From: Anaeromyxobacter sp.
GTDB taxonomy: Bacteria; Myxococcota; Myxococcia; Myxococcales; Anaeromyxobacteraceae
Assembly (NCBI GenBank): GCA_049840735.1
Contig: JASGJN010000022.1
Coordinates: forward strand, 576,001 to 640,000
DNA: 64,000 nucleotides
Direction: 5' to 3'
Below the pieces are notes generated by a model. The model worked only from the letters and a program-made list of their open reading frames with translations, did not search any database and was not told the DNA's origin. Below are positions 1 to 17,245 of the stretch, piece by piece (the stretch's first letter is position 1; the number at the start of each line of letters is the position of its first letter). The translations under genes were made by a program, and so were the position numbers.

Positions 1-1
1 G

Positions 2-3000
2 ATCTACGTCGGGGCCAACGCCGACCTGGTGCGCGGCTTCATCACCACGCCGCTGGAGCGCGCCGTCGCGGCCGCCGACGGCATCGACTACATCGAGTCG
101 GAGAGCACGCAGAACCTCTCCACCATCAAGGCGCACCTCAAGCTCAACTACGACGCCACCCGCGCGCTCTCCGAGATCGGCTCCAAGGTGGACCAGGTGC
201 GCGGCGACCTGCCGCCCGAGGCCGAGGTCCCCACCCTCAACATCGAGTCCACCGAGTCGCAGTTCGCCTCGGCCTACCTGTCCTTCTCCTCCGACTTCCT
301 CAAGCAGAACGAGATCACGGACTACCTGGTCCGCGTGGTCCAGCCGCGCCTCTCGGCGGTGGAGGGCGTGCAGCGGGCCGAGATCCTGGGCGCGCGCACC
401 TTCGCCATGCGCATCTGGCTCAAGCCCGATCGGATGGCCGCGCTCAACGTGAGCCCGGCCCAGGTGCGCCAGGCCCTGGCCGCCAACAACTACCTGGCCG
501 CCATCGGCCAGACCAAGGGCTCGCTGGTCCAGGTGAACCTCACGGCCAACACCGACCTGCGCTCGGTGAAGGAGTTCCAGCAGCTGGTGGTGCGCCAGTC
601 CGAGGGCGGCGTGATCCGCCTGGGGGACGTGGCCGACGTGGTGCTGGGGGCCGAGGACTACGACGTGGCGGTGAACTTCAGCGGCAAGACCGCGGTGTTC
701 ATCGGCATCTTCGCCCTGCCCAACGCCAACTCGCTGGACGTGCTGAAGCGGGTCCGGGTCGAGATGGACTCGATCACCAAGGACCTGCCGGAGCAGATGC
801 AGGGCGTCATCGCCTACGACGGCACCCGCTACATCCAGAACGCCATCGAGGAGGTCGAGCAGACGCTGATCGAGACGCTGCTCATCGTGGTGGTGGTGAT
901 CTTCCTCTTCCTGGGCTCGCTCCGCTCGGTGCTGGTCCCGGTGATCGCCATCCCGGTCTCGCTGGTGGGCGCGGTCTTCCTGATGGCGGTGTTCGGGTTC
1001 TCGGTGAACCTGCTCACCCTGCTGGCCATCGTGCTCTCGGTGGGCCTGGTGGTGGACGACGCCATCGTGGTGGTCGAGAACGTCGAGCGCCACCTGCGCG
1101 ACGGCATGAGACCCTTCGACGCCGCGGTGCGCGGCGCGCGCGAGCTGGTCGGGCCCATCATCGCCATGACCATCACGCTGGCGGCGGTCTACACGCCCAT
1201 CGCCTTCCAGGGCGGCCTGACCGGCTCGCTCTTCCGCGAGTTCGCGCTCACGCTGGCCGGCGCGGTGACCATCTCCGGCGTGGTGGCGCTGACGCTCTCG
1301 CCGGTGATGTCCTCCGCGCTGCTCAAGGCGGACGACGAGGAGCACGGCCTCCCGCACGTCATCGCCCGCATCTTCGACCGGATCCGGACCACCTACCGCC
1401 GCCACCTGGGCATGGCCTTCGAGGCGCGCGGGGCCATCTACGTGGCCTGGGGGCTCATCACCGTGCTGGTGGTGCTCATGTTCACGCAGGCGCCGCGCGA
1501 GCTGGCGCCCACGGAGGACCAGGGCGTCATCTTCGGCATCGTCAACACCCCGGCCAACTCCACGCTCGACCAGGTGATGGTCTCGAGCCGCGAGGTGAAC
1601 AAGGAGGTCATGGCGCTGCCGGAGTCCAACTTCACCTTCCAGATCACCTTCCCGACCGGCGGGTTCTGGGGCGTGGGGCTCAAGCCGTGGAAGGACCGCC
1701 AGCGCTCGGCCTTCCAGATCCTGCCGCAGGTGCAGGAGGAGCTGTCGCAGATCCCCGGCGTGCAGACCTTCCCCATCCTGCCCCCGGCGCTGCCGGGCGG
1801 CGGCAACTTCCCGGTCGAGTTCGTGGTGGCCTCCACCGCCGACACGGCCGACGTGCTCGGGTTCGCCACCAAGATCCAGGAGAAGGCGGCGCAGAGCGGC
1901 ATGTTCGCCTTCCCGCCGCTCATCGACGTCAAGGTGGACCAGCCGCAGTCGGAGCTGGTCTTCGATCGCGACAAGGTGGCGGAGCTGGGGCTCAACCTGG
2001 CCTCGGTGGGCCAGGACGTGTCGGCGGCGGTGGGTGGCAACTTCGTCAACCGCTTCAGCGTGTCGGGCCGCAGCTACAAGGTCATCCCGCAGCTGCTCCG
2101 GACCGAGCGGCTCAACCCCGAGCAGCTGAAGGACATCTACGTCACCGGCCCGGGCGGCAACCTCATCAAGCTCTCCGCCATCGCCACCCTCCGCGACACG
2201 GTGGCGCCGCGCTCCCTCAACCGCTTCCAGCAGCTCAACGCGGTCAAGATCAGCGGCGTGGCCATGGTGCCGCTCGACCAGGCGCTCTCGAAGCTGGAGG
2301 CGCTCGCGGCGGAGGAGCTGCCGCAGGGCTACGTGGTGGACTACACCGGCGAGTCGCGCCAGCTGCGCGTGGAGGGGAACAAGTTCCTCCCCGCCTTCCT
2401 GCTGGCGGTGGTGCTGATCTTCCTGGTGCTGGCCGCGCAGTTCAACAGCTTCCGCGACCCGTTCGTGATCCTGGCCGGCTCGGTGCCGCTGGGCATGTTC
2501 GGCGCGCTGGCGATGACGTTCCTCAAGATGCCCAACCCCAACATGCCGTTCTGGACCGACGGCTGGACCACCACGCTCAACGTCTACTCGCAGGTGGGCC
2601 TGGTGACGCTGGTGGGGCTGGTGGCCAAGAACGGCATCCTGATCGTCGAGTTCGCCAACAAGCTGCAGGTGCAGGGCGTGTCCAAGGTGGAGGCGGTGAA
2701 GGAGGCCGCCACCACCCGCCTCCGCCCCATCCTCATGACCTCGGTGGCCACGGTGGCCGGCCACTTCCCGCTGGTGCTGGTCACCGGCCCGGGCGCCGAG
2801 GCGCGCAACTCGATCGGCCTGGTGCTGGTGACCGGCATGGCGGTGGGCACCGCCTTCACGCTCTTCTTCGTGCCCACCATCTACCTGCTCATCGCCAGGG
2901 ACCGCCGCGGCACCCGCACGGCGGCCGAGGTGCTGCAGGAGGTGGACGTCCACGCCCGGCGCGACGCGGCGCTGGCCCGGGAGCCGGCGGCGGCGGAGGG

Positions 3001-3004
3001 CTGA
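2..3004 (+). CDS. RND multidrug efflux permease (AcrB/MexW-like), 5'-truncated by window edge
   Basis: Frame is open from base 2 (IYVGANADLVRGFITTPLE...). Has RND motifs GLVVDDAIVVVENVER, GLVAKNGILIVEFA and RLRPILMTS, with the usual TM/periplasmic alternation. Confidence 0.95.
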   Translation: MYVGANADLVRGFITTPLERAVAAADGIDYIESESTQNLSTIKAHLKLNYDATRALSEIGSKVDQVRGDLPPEAEVPTLNIESTESQFASAYLSFSSDFLKQNEITDYLVRVVQPRLSAVEGVQRAEILGARTFAMRIWLKPDRMAALNVSPAQVRQALAANNYLAAIGQTKGSLVQVNLTANTDLRSVKEFQQLVVRQSEGGVIRLGDVADVVLGAEDYDVAVNFSGKTAVFIGIFALPNANSLDVLKRVRVEMDSITKDLPEQMQGVIAYDGTRYIQNAIEEVEQTLIETLLIVVVVIFLFLGSLRSVLVPVIAIPVSLVGAVFLMAVFGFSVNLLTLLAIVLSVGLVVDDAIVVVENVERHLRDGMRPFDAAVRGARELVGPIIAMTITLAAVYTPIAFQGGLTGSLFREFALTLAGAVTISGVVALTLSPVMSSALLKADDEEHGLPHVIARIFDRIRTTYRRHLGMAFEARGAIYVAWGLITVLVVLMFTQAPRELAPTEDQGVIFGIVNTPANSTLDQVMVSSREVNKEVMALPESNFTFQITFPTGGFWGVGLKPWKDRQRSAFQILPQVQEELSQIPGVQTFPILPPALPGGGNFPVEFVVASTADTADVLGFATKIQEKAAQSGMFAFPPLIDVKVDQPQSELVFDRDKVAELGLNLASVGQDVSAAVGGNFVNRFSVSGRSYKVIPQLLRTERLNPEQLKDIYVTGPGGNLIKLSAIATLRDTVAPRSLNRFQQLNAVKISGVAMVPLDQALSKLEALAAEELPQGYVVDYTGESRQLRVEGNKFLPAFLLAVVLIFLVLAAQFNSFRDPFVILAGSVPLGMFGALAMTFLKMPNPNMPFWTDGWTTTLNVYSQVGLVTLVGLVAKNGILIVEFANKLQVQGVSKVEAVKEAATTRLRPILMTSVATVAGHFPLVLVTGPGAEARNSIGLVLVTGMAVGTAFTLFFVPTIYLLIARDRRGTRTAAEVLQEVDVHARRDAALAREPAAAEG

Positions 3005-3011
3005 AGCAAGA

Positions 3012-3047
3012 CGGCCCTCCCACCCGCGAGGGCGGGCGGGAGGGCCG
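3012..3047. terminator. GC-rich hairpin between convergent genes, probable terminator
   Basis: CGGCCCTCCCACCCGC-GAGG-GCGGGCGGGAGGGCCG, just after the RND stop. No U-tract. Confidence 0.55.
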
Positions 3048-3083
3048 GGGCGCAACCGGGGAGGAGGCGCCCAGTGACCGCAG

Positions 3084-7010
<3,927 letters not shown>

Positions 7011-7209
7011 CTGTTTCCCTCTCCCTGGTTGGGCGCACGGGTCCGGCCGCGGCGCCAGGGGCGTCGCGTGCCGGGCAGCGCACGCGGTCGTGTGGCGGCT
7101 GGACGAGGGGCGCGGGCGGATGTGACCGCAGGTCAACTGACGGTCACGGTAGGTGAATGTGCCTTCGTTCGGCCTGGGCCGTCGGGAACGACGTTCGCTG
7201 TGAGGGTTC

Positions 7210-10164
7210 TCACCCCTTCAGGATCACGCCCACCCTGCGCCGCCCGTCCATCCGGACCCGGAGCGGCTGCGCCAGGCGCACGTGGCGGGCGAAGGACCGC
7301 TCCTCCACCGCCGGCTGGCCGGCCAGCCACGCCCAGTCCACGTGGCCGCCCTCCACCTGCTCGTTGACGGTGAAGTAGCCGACCTGGAACGAGGTGACGT
7401 TCTGGAAGAAGTGCGAGCCCTGCGACGGGGTGACGGCGAAGTCCCTGAACCCGGCCTCGACGATGACGCGGGCGCCGGCGATGTCGTCCCACTTCACCGG
7501 CACGCCCAGCCAGGGATCGTTGGAGCCCCAGCGCCCCACGCCCACCAGCACGTAGGGCAGGCCCGCCGCCACCAGGTGGGCGTTGAGCTGCGCGACCTCC
7601 TGCGCCACCAGCGCGCTGCGCGCGCGGTCGTAGCGGTGCTGGTCCACGACGATCAGGTCGCGGATCCCCTCCACCTCGCCGTTGCCCAGTACCGCCGCGG
7701 AGCGGACCAGCACCTGCGCCGGATCCGCCTCGCCCAGGTCCACCGCCGGCGCGTCGCGCGAGACCACCAGCGGCCGGATCTGCAGGATCGCGAACTCCTT
7801 CGGCTCGGTCGGCGGCGTCCCCAGGTCGGCGGCGAACTCCAGCTCCACCGGGCCGCCCATGCCCTCCGCCGCCATCTGGAGCGCCGCGTGGGTCAGGTCG
7901 GCCAGCGGGAAGAGGCCGTGCTTGAGCATGGGGGCGAAGGGAATCACGCGGGCGCCGGGCCGGGAGAGGCCGTCGCGCACCGCGCCGTCGTCGGCGCTGT
8001 AGGTGGAGGCCAGCAGCGGGAGCGTGCCGTCGGCCTCGGCGGCGGTCAGGTCGAAGCGCGCCTCGCGCATCTCGTGCTCCGGGTCCATGCCCAGGTGCGG
8101 CTCGTTCAGCTCCAGCGCCCAGAAGTCGCGCTGGCCGTTGCGGAGCATGTCCTGCACCGACGAGAACTGGAGCAGGTGGCGCGGGTGGCGCGGGGAGAAG
8201 CGCAGGCACTGGCCGCCCTCCACCACCGCGCGCCCCAGGCCCAGCGCCACCGCCACGATGCCGTCCTCGGAGCGCAGCGGCGGGGTCGGGTAGTAGTTGA
8301 GCGAGCGGGCCACCCCGGAGATCTCGGGGTAGAAGCGCGCGCCGTGCGGCTCGCCCACCATGCGCTGGACGATCACGGCCATCTTCTCCTCCTCCAGCCG
8401 GTAGGGCGTGGCCGCCAGGTAGGCCTTGGCGTGCCGGGAGAAGGTGGAGGCGTAGACGGCCTGGATGGCGCGCAAGAGCGCGTCGAGGCGCACCTCGGGG
8501 TCCGGGTGCATGTTGGACAGCATGTAGGTGGCGTAGACGCCGCTGAACGGCTGGTGCTGCGAGTCCTCCAGGAGCGAGGACGAGCGCACCGCCAGCGGCC
8601 AGCGCACCTTCTCCAGCAGGGCGCGCAGCGCGGCCCGCGGCTCGGCCGGGAAGCGGCCTGCCATGACCCGGGCGCGCAGCTCGTCGTCGTCGTCGCAGTG
8701 GAGGACGAAGTCGCGCAGCCCGTTCTCGTCCAGGAACTGGTCGAAGACGTCGGTCGCCACCACCAGCGAGGCCGGCACCTGCACCCGCACCCCGGGGAAG
8801 CGGTGCGAGAGCCCGGTCTCGGCCAGCATGCGGCGCACGAAGGCCAGGCCGCGCGCCTTGCCGCCCAGCGAGCCGCCGCCCAGGCGCCAGAAATTGCGCC
8901 GCCGCCCCTCGAACGTGGCCGGGTCGAAGTCCTCGATCACCAGCGCGCGCCGCTCGGCGCGGTACTCGGTGATGGAGCGGATCAGGTCGGCCCGGAGCGC
9001 CTCGACGTCGGGGTACTCCGAGACGCGCCGCGGCCGGAGCTTCTCCGCCAGGCGGAAGTCGGCCCTGGCCCGCAGCCACTTGGAGAAGTGATTGCGCTCG
9101 GCGTGGAAGAGCAGGCTGTCGGCCGGCACGGCCGAGAGCGCCGCCTCCAGCCCGCGCAGGTCCGCCGCCCGCGCCACCGGCTCGCCGTCCGGGCGCTGGA
9201 AGACGAAGTCGCCGAAGCCGAACCCCTCCACCATGCAGCGCCGCAGCTCCTGCAGCAGCACCGGCGAGCCCTTCAGCAGGAAGGCCGCGTCCAGCTCGCG
9301 CGCCAGCGCCGCGTTCTCGGGCCGGGAGCTCTGCAGCACGATGGGCACGTCCGGCTCGAGCGCCTTCACCTGCCGCGCCAGCCGCGCGCCGGCGTCCTCG
9401 CACGCCGCCCCGCCCATGGGGAAGTTCACGTCGGAGATGACGGCCAGCAGGCTGTCCTTGTACGCCAGCACCTGCTCCCAGGCGTCCTCGTAGGTGCTGG
9501 CCAGCAGCACCTTGGGCCGCGCCCGCATGCGCAGGATCTTCTGCGAGAGGTTGGCGCCTTCCGACAGGAGCCGCTGCGCGTGGCGCACCAGCTCGGCGTG
9601 GATCATGGGGAGGAAGGAGGAGTAGTAGCGGACCGAGTCCTCCACCACCAGGAGCAGCGGCACGCCCGCCACGCCCGAGTCGTAGGGCGCGTTCCAGCGG
9701 TCCTCCACGGTGTGGACGATGCCCAGCAGGATCTGGACGTCGCCCTGCCAGAGGAAGACCCGCTCGATCTGCGAGGTGTCGTGGCGGGCCAGGAACTGCG
9801 AGAGCTGGCGGCCGTCGAAGGCCAGCAGCACCACCGGCACGTCCAGCCCGGCCTCGCGCACCGCGCGCGCCAGCTCCACCGCGTTCATGTCGCCGACCTG
9901 GGTGGCCGTGACGATCAGGTTGAAGCGCGGATCGCTCTTCGCGCGCTCCACCGCCTCGGCGCCGCTGGAGACGCGGGTCAGGCCCGGCGTGTGGCGGAGC
10001 CCCAGCTCCAGGAACTGCCCCAGCATCCGCTCGTTGAGCTGCCCGTCCTCCTCCAGGATGAAGGCGTCGTAGGGGCTGGCGACCAGCAGGATGTCCTGCA
10101 CCCGCCGGCGCATCAGGTCCTGGAACTCCTGCGCGCCGCCGGAGCGGGTGCGGGACAGCGTCAT
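7210..10164 (-). CDS. Receiver-domain + PEP synthase/PPDK nucleotide-binding-domain protein
   Basis: Two receiver-like segments (ILLVASPYDAFILEEDG; LLVVEDS...VISDVNFP). ATP-grasp motifs GGKARGLAF, PLAVRSSSLLEDS and EKMAVIVQ. C-terminal SQGSHFF. Confidence 0.85.
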   Translation of the reverse strand: MTLSRTRSGGAQEFQDLMRRRVQDILLVASPYDAFILEEDGQLNERMLGQFLELGLRHTPGLTRVSSGAEAVERAKSDPRFNLIVTATQVGDMNAVELARAVREAGLDVPVVLLAFDGRQLSQFLARHDTSQIERVFLWQGDVQILLGIVHTVEDRWNAPYDSGVAGVPLLLVVEDSVRYYSSFLPMIHAELVRHAQRLLSEGANLSQKILRMRARPKVLLASTYEDAWEQVLAYKDSLLAVISDVNFPMGGAACEDAGARLARQVKALEPDVPIVLQSSRPENAALARELDAAFLLKGSPVLLQELRRCMVEGFGFGDFVFQRPDGEPVARAADLRGLEAALSAVPADSLLFHAERNHFSKWLRARADFRLAEKLRPRRVSEYPDVEALRADLIRSITEYRAERRALVIEDFDPATFEGRRRNFWRLGGGSLGGKARGLAFVRRMLAETGLSHRFPGVRVQVPASLVVATDVFDQFLDENGLRDFVLHCDDDDELRARVMAGRFPAEPRAALRALLEKVRWPLAVRSSSLLEDSQHQPFSGVYATYMLSNMHPDPEVRLDALLRAIQAVYASTFSRHAKAYLAATPYRLEEEKMAVIVQRMVGEPHGARFYPEISGVARSLNYYPTPPLRSEDGIVAVALGLGRAVVEGGQCLRFSPRHPRHLLQFSSVQDMLRNGQRDFWALELNEPHLGMDPEHEMREARFDLTAAEADGTLPLLASTYSADDGAVRDGLSRPGARVIPFAPMLKHGLFPLADLTHAALQMAAEGMGGPVELEFAADLGTPPTEPKEFAILQIRPLVVSRDAPAVDLGEADPAQVLVRSAAVLGNGEVEGIRDLIVVDQHRYDRARSALVAQEVAQLNAHLVAAGLPYVLVGVGRWGSNDPWLGVPVKWDDIAGARVIVEAGFRDFAVTPSQGSHFFQNVTSFQVGYFTVNEQVEGGHVDWAWLAGQPAVEERSFARHVRLAQPLRVRMDGRRRVGVILKG

Positions 10165-10192
10165 GGCGGGACCTCCACGGAGAGCATACAGC

Positions 10193-10225
10193 ACCGCCCG
10201 CTCCGGCGAGGCCGGAGCGGGCGGT
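10193..10225. terminator. Perfect 15-bp-stem hairpin downstream of gdhA
   Basis: ACCGCCCGCTCCGGC-GAG-GCCGGAGCGGGCGGT. On the minus strand it is followed by a TATGCT -10-like box and a GGAGG RBS for the next gene. Confidence 0.55.
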
Positions 10226-10284
10226 CTGGGGCGTCGCCGGCTGCCTGGAGTCGAGCTCTAGGGCGCCGGTGCTGCGGCAGGCGG

Positions 10285-13078
<2,794 letters not shown>

Positions 13079-13082
<4 letters not shown>

Positions 13083-13891
13083 GGCAGCTCCTCCGCGCAG
13101 GGGCGGGTGCGGTCCTGCAGCGAGAGCAAGCCGCTCCGTTCACCAGCGCCGGCGGCATCGATGGTGTGGGCGGCCGAGGCGAGCGCAAAGCCCCGGAGGC
13201 GCTCCAGCGCGGCCTTTGTGCCCGCCGTCATGGGCCGCTGCCTGATCCGGCCGAGCAGGGCGGCGGCGCGGCAGAGGTTCCGGTAGGCGCCCTCCAGCTC
13301 CTGCTGCTCGCGGAGCAGCTTGTAGCCCAGCGACAGCGCCACGAAGGCGTCCACGTCGCGCGGGCGGGTGATGAGCTTCACGAAGTCCTGCGTGCCCTCG
13401 GCGCGATAGGAGAGCCGCTGCAGGGCTCCGGGCATCTCCGCCTGCCCGCGGTCCGCGGCGAACCGGACCGGCACCAGCAGGTAGTTGATCACCGCCTCCA
13501 CCCCGGGCGGCGCGCCGGGGTCGGACCGGAGCAACGTCCCCCACATCTCGAGCAGCACCCGGTCGTTGTACAGGCGCGCGACCAGCGGTGGTGCGAACTC
13601 GCTGCCGTCGGTGGCTGGAGCGCGGTGCGCGCAGATCACGAAGCTCACCGGCTCGGCGGCGGGGTTCACCCACTGGGCCTCGGCTCCGGTGTCCAGCTCG
13701 AACTGGAGCCGCTGCATGAACCGCTCCAGGCCGGGGCGGGCGCTGAACACGCCCTCCCAGGCCGGCGGTTCGCTCAGGAAGACCGTGAAGCCGCGCGCCG
13801 GGTGGCAATCGACGAGGTCCGCCCTTCCTGGTGCTGCGGTCAAGAGCCCAGCGGCCAAGACCAGGACGGCGGGGAGACGGCGGGTGGTCAC
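13079..13891 (-). CDS. Secreted hypothetical protein
   Basis: GTG start overlapping the upstream stop (GTGA), GGAGG RBS, signal peptide VTTRRLPAVLVLAAGLLTAAPGRA. Confidence 0.7.
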
Positions 13892-14664
13892 GGTGCCTCC
13901 AGGGCGCCCAGGGTGGCGTCGATGTCCTCGAGCAGCGCCGGGTAGTCCTCCTGCGGCGACAGCGGCAGCTGCAGCACGTGCGCCTGCAGCGCGGCGGTGC
14001 TGCCCTTCCCCGCAGCCTCGACGAGCGCCTTGTAGGCCTTGAGCATCGGGACGGCCTCGCGGCACTCTGCTTCGCCGAGGATCCGAACCACCTCCAGCTG
14101 GTCCTGCCACGCGAAGAGCCGGCCAGAGCGGCCCAGCACATTGGGGAGGGCGGCGCAGAGCTCGCGCGGATGGGTGAGTCCCAGGATCCGGAGCCCGGAG
14201 GCGGCCGCGGCCCCTCGCATCCGGCCGGCGCTCAGCTCCCCGAGCAGCGGCGCGATGGCCGCTGGGCCGAAGGAGGCGATCACGCGCGCCGTGGCCGTGA
14301 GGGTGACCGCATTGCTGTTCGGGTCACCCATGATCTGGAGCAGCTCGCGCAGCTCCTTCGCGTACGAGAGGTCCAGCTCGCGCTGCTTGAGCGACCGATC
14401 GAAGGAATCCTTGAGCCCCCACCCCAGCGCCAGGATGACGAGCGCGTTGATCAGCTTGGGCAGTTCGCCCATGAGCGCCCGGAGGAAGCGGCGGCCGTTT
14501 CCAGGCGCGTCCCGCCCGGCGCTCGGGGCGGGCTTCTCTGGCGCGGGGGGAGCAGGGGGTGCCCCGCCAGATGATGGCGCCGCAGCAGCGGCTGGCGCGT
14601 CGAGGGCCGCGGCAGGCAGCGGGCTGCCGTCCGTACCTGGCTCGTGCAGCGGGATCGGGGGCAT
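13888..14664 (-). CDS. Membrane-anchored hypothetical protein with helical (HEAT-like) repeats
   Basis: Pro/Ala-rich N-terminus, one TM segment (LINALVILALGWGL), then HEAT-like segments (FGPAAIAPLL, VVRILGE...AVPML). Confidence 0.65.
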   Translation of the reverse strand: MPPIPLHEPGTDGSPLPAAALDAPAAAAAPSSGGAPPAPPAPEKPAPSAGRDAPGNGRRFLRALMGELPKLINALVILALGWGLKDSFDRSLKQRELDLSYAKELRELLQIMGDPNSNAVTLTATARVIASFGPAAIAPLLGELSAGRMRGAAAASGLRILGLTHPRELCAALPNVLGRSGRLFAWQDQLEVVRILGEAECREAVPMLKAYKALVEAAGKGSTAALQAHVLQLPLSPQEDYPALLEDIDATLGALEAP

Positions 14665-14791
14665 GGTCTGCGCTGGGCTCCGGTGGAGGCGTTGCGCCGT
14701 GCACCGTCAGTCCTAGCGAGGCCTGCAGGAGGGCGCGACCACCAGCCAAGGCTCGGGGGGAGCCCTTCCACCGGGAGGCCCCGGCCGGAAG

Positions 14792-15439
14792 CTAGGTGTC
14801 CACCAACCCGTTGCGGATGCAGTACTTGACCACGTCGGCCAGGTTGCGCGCGTCCAGCTTGCGCATCAGCGAGGCGCGGTGCGTGTCGGCGGTGCGGACG
14901 CTGATGTTGAGCCGCGCCGCGGCCTCCTTCGACGAGTAGCCGTCCGCCAGCAGCACCGCCAGCTCCCGCTCGCGCGGCGTGATGTGGCCGCCGGCGCGCT
15001 GCTGCGTCACCCAGGGTGTGGCGTACTCGGCCGCCTCCGGCGAGGCCGTGCCGGCGAGGTAGAAGTCGCCGCGGGCCGCGCAGCGGATGGCGTCGAGCAG
15101 CCCCTCCAGCCCGGCGTCCTTGAGCACGTACCCGCGCACGCCCGCCTCGAAGGCCTCGCGCTGGTAGCTGGTGCCGGCGTGGACCGAGAGCGCCACCAGC
15201 TCCGCGCGCGGCTGGTGCTCGCGCAGCCAGCGGGCCGCCTCCAGCCCGCCCGCGCCGGGCGTGGCCACGTCCAGCACCACCACGTCCGGCGACACCGTCG
15301 GGATCTGCGCCTGCGCGTCGGCCCAGCTGCCGGAGGCGCCGGCCAGCGCCAGGCCGCGGGTGGGGAGCGCGATCGCCAGCGCGTCGCGCAGCAGCGGCTG
15401 TCCCTCGAGCACGTAGACCTGGATCGGGCGGTCGGCCAT
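14792..15439 (-). CDS. NarL/FixJ-family response regulator (atypical receiver + LuxR HTH)
   Basis: PDVVVLDV, GVRGYVLKDA and ITPRERE...SSKEAAARLNISVRTADTHRASLMRKL. Confidence 0.92.
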   Translation of the reverse strand: MADRPIQVYVLEGQPLLRDALAIALPTRGLALAGASGSWADAQAQIPTVSPDVVVLDVATPGAGGLEAARWLREHQPRAELVALSVHAGTSYQREAFEAGVRGYVLKDAGLEGLLDAIRCAARGDFYLAGTASPEAAEYATPWVTQQRAGGHITPRERELAVLLADGYSSKEAAARLNISVRTADTHRASLMRKLDARNLADVVKYCIRNGLVDT

Positions 15440-15551
15440 GGCTGCCCCCACCTCATACCGCCGGAGGTGGGGTATTGTCCCATGGGACCATGGGCGCGCC
15501 CAGTCCCCCGCCGGACGGCGTCGGCCTGGCGCAGCGCCCGTCGCCAGGCCG

Positions 15552-16376
15552 CTAGATCCCGGCGCCGGCCTGGAACTCGAAGGCGCGCAGGCTCTCCTCG
15601 CGGACGAGCGTCAGGCAGCGCCGCTTGTGGTCGAGGAAGCGGGGGTCGGCGAAGACCGCGGCCGTCCGCGGCCGCGGCAGGGCGATCCGCTCGTCGAGGA
15701 CGATGCGCCCGGGCGCGGCGCTCATCACCAGGACGCGGTCGGCGAGGAAGATGGCCTCGTCGATGTCGTGGGTCACGAACACGCAGGTGTTCCGCACCTC
15801 GGACCAGAGCCGCAGCAGGAGCTCCTGCATCGCAGCCCGGGTCTGGGCATCGAGCGCGCCGAAGGGCTCGTCCATCAGCAGGACGCCGGGGGCGTTGGCG
15901 AGGGCCCGGGCCAGGCCCACCCGCTGCTGCATGCCTCCGGACAGGGTGCCAGGGTAGCGCCCGGCGAACCGGGACAGCCCCACCGCCTCCAGGTGGGAGC
16001 GCGCGATGGCCCGCGCCTCCGCGCGGGAGCGGCCGGTCATGCGCGGTCCGAACGCGACGTTGTCGAGGACCGACTTCCAGGGGAACAGCGCGTACTGCTG
16101 GAACACCATCCCGCGCTCCGCGCCGGGACCTCCGACCGGCACGCCATCGACCGTGATGCGACCCGCCTCGGGCGCCACGAACCCGGCCGTGGCGTTGAGG
16201 AGCGTGGACTTCCCGCAGCCGGACGGCCCGAGGACGCACACGAACTCGCCGGGCGGGATCTCCAGGTCGAGGCCGTCCACGGCCAGGTGCTGGGTGGCGC
16301 CGCGGCCGAGGCGGACCCGGAGCCCCTCGATCTGCAGCCGGCTGCGCCCGGCGGTCCCCGCGCCGGCGGGGCTCAC
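15552..16376 (-). CDS. ABC transporter ATPase, nitrate/sulfonate/taurine class
   Basis: GPSGCGKST, VFQQYALFPW, LSGGMQQRV, LLMDEPFGALD and FVTHDIDEA. Confidence 0.95.
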   Translation of the reverse strand: MSPAGAGTAGRSRLQIEGLRVRLGRGATQHLAVDGLDLEIPPGEFVCVLGPSGCGKSTLLNATAGFVAPEAGRITVDGVPVGGPGAERGMVFQQYALFPWKSVLDNVAFGPRMTGRSRAEARAIARSHLEAVGLSRFAGRYPGTLSGGMQQRVGLARALANAPGVLLMDEPFGALDAQTRAAMQELLLRLWSEVRNTCVFVTHDIDEAIFLADRVLVMSAAPGRIVLDERIALPRPRTAAVFADPRFLDHKRRCLTLVREESLRAFEFQAGAGI

Positions 16377-17245
16377 GGCGCACGCTCCGGCGAGCGGTAC
16401 CAGGGGGTGAGGGTGCGCCCGACCAGCTTGACCAGGGCGCTGCTCCCCATGCCGAAGAGGCCGATGGCGAGCATCCCGACCACGATGTCCGGGTAATCCT
16501 GGAGCGTGTACGACTCCCAGGTGTAGTAGCCGATCCCGTACTGACCGGCGATCATCTCCGCCGTGACCAGGCAGAACCAGCAGGTCCCCATCCCGATGGC
16601 GAGGCCCGTGAAGATGCTGGGGAGCGCCGCGGGGAGGACCACCTCCCGGAACACCGCCCAGCTCCCCGCGCCCAGGCTCCGCGACGAGGCGATCAGGCGG
16701 TGGTCAATCCCCTCCACGCCGTGGATGGTGTTGAGGAGGATCGGGAACAGCGCCCCGATGAAGGTGATGTAGACCATGCTGACCTCGGACGACGGGAACA
16801 TCAGGATGGCGAGGGGGATCCAGGCGACGCCGGGGATGGGGCGCAGCACCTCGAGCGGCGGCAAGAGCGCGTCCTCGGCCCAGCGCAGGCGGCCGATGAC
16901 CAGCCCGAGGACCACCCCGGCCACGGCGGCGACGCCGAAGCCGGCGAACACGCGGAGCAGGCTGTTCGCGACGTGGAGCGGCAGCTTGGGCGAGTGCAGG
17001 AGCCGCCAGGCGGCCTCGGCGACCTCCGTGGGCGCGGGGACGTTGCGGAACGTGACGACGCGGAGGTCGAGGCGCCGCGCCGACGCGAACTCCCACAGGC
17101 CCACCGCTGTGGCGACGGCGCCGGCGCGGAGCGCCAGCCGGGCCGCGCGGGCCCGGGCGGAGCTCCGTGCCGGCGCGGCGCCGGGGCCGCTCGCCGCCGC
17201 CGCCGGAACGGCCAAGGCGGCGATCAGCTCGCGGGGGACGCTCAC
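16373..17245 (-). CDS. ABC transporter permease, SsuC/TauC class
   Basis: LRPIPGVAWIP, EAA-loop SSRSLGAG...VVLPAALPSIFTGL, LVTAEMI; GTGA coupling. Confidence 0.93.
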   Translation of the reverse strand: MSVPRELIAALAVPAAAASGPGAAPARSSARARAARLALRAGAVATAVGLWEFASARRLDLRVVTFRNVPAPTEVAEAAWRLLHSPKLPLHVANSLLRVFAGFGVAAVAGVVLGLVIGRLRWAEDALLPPLEVLRPIPGVAWIPLAILMFPSSEVSMVYITFIGALFPILLNTIHGVEGIDHRLIASSRSLGAGSWAVFREVVLPAALPSIFTGLAIGMGTCWFCLVTAEMIAGQYGIGYYTWESYTLQDYPDIVVGMLAIGLFGMGSSALVKLVGRTLTPWYRSPERAP

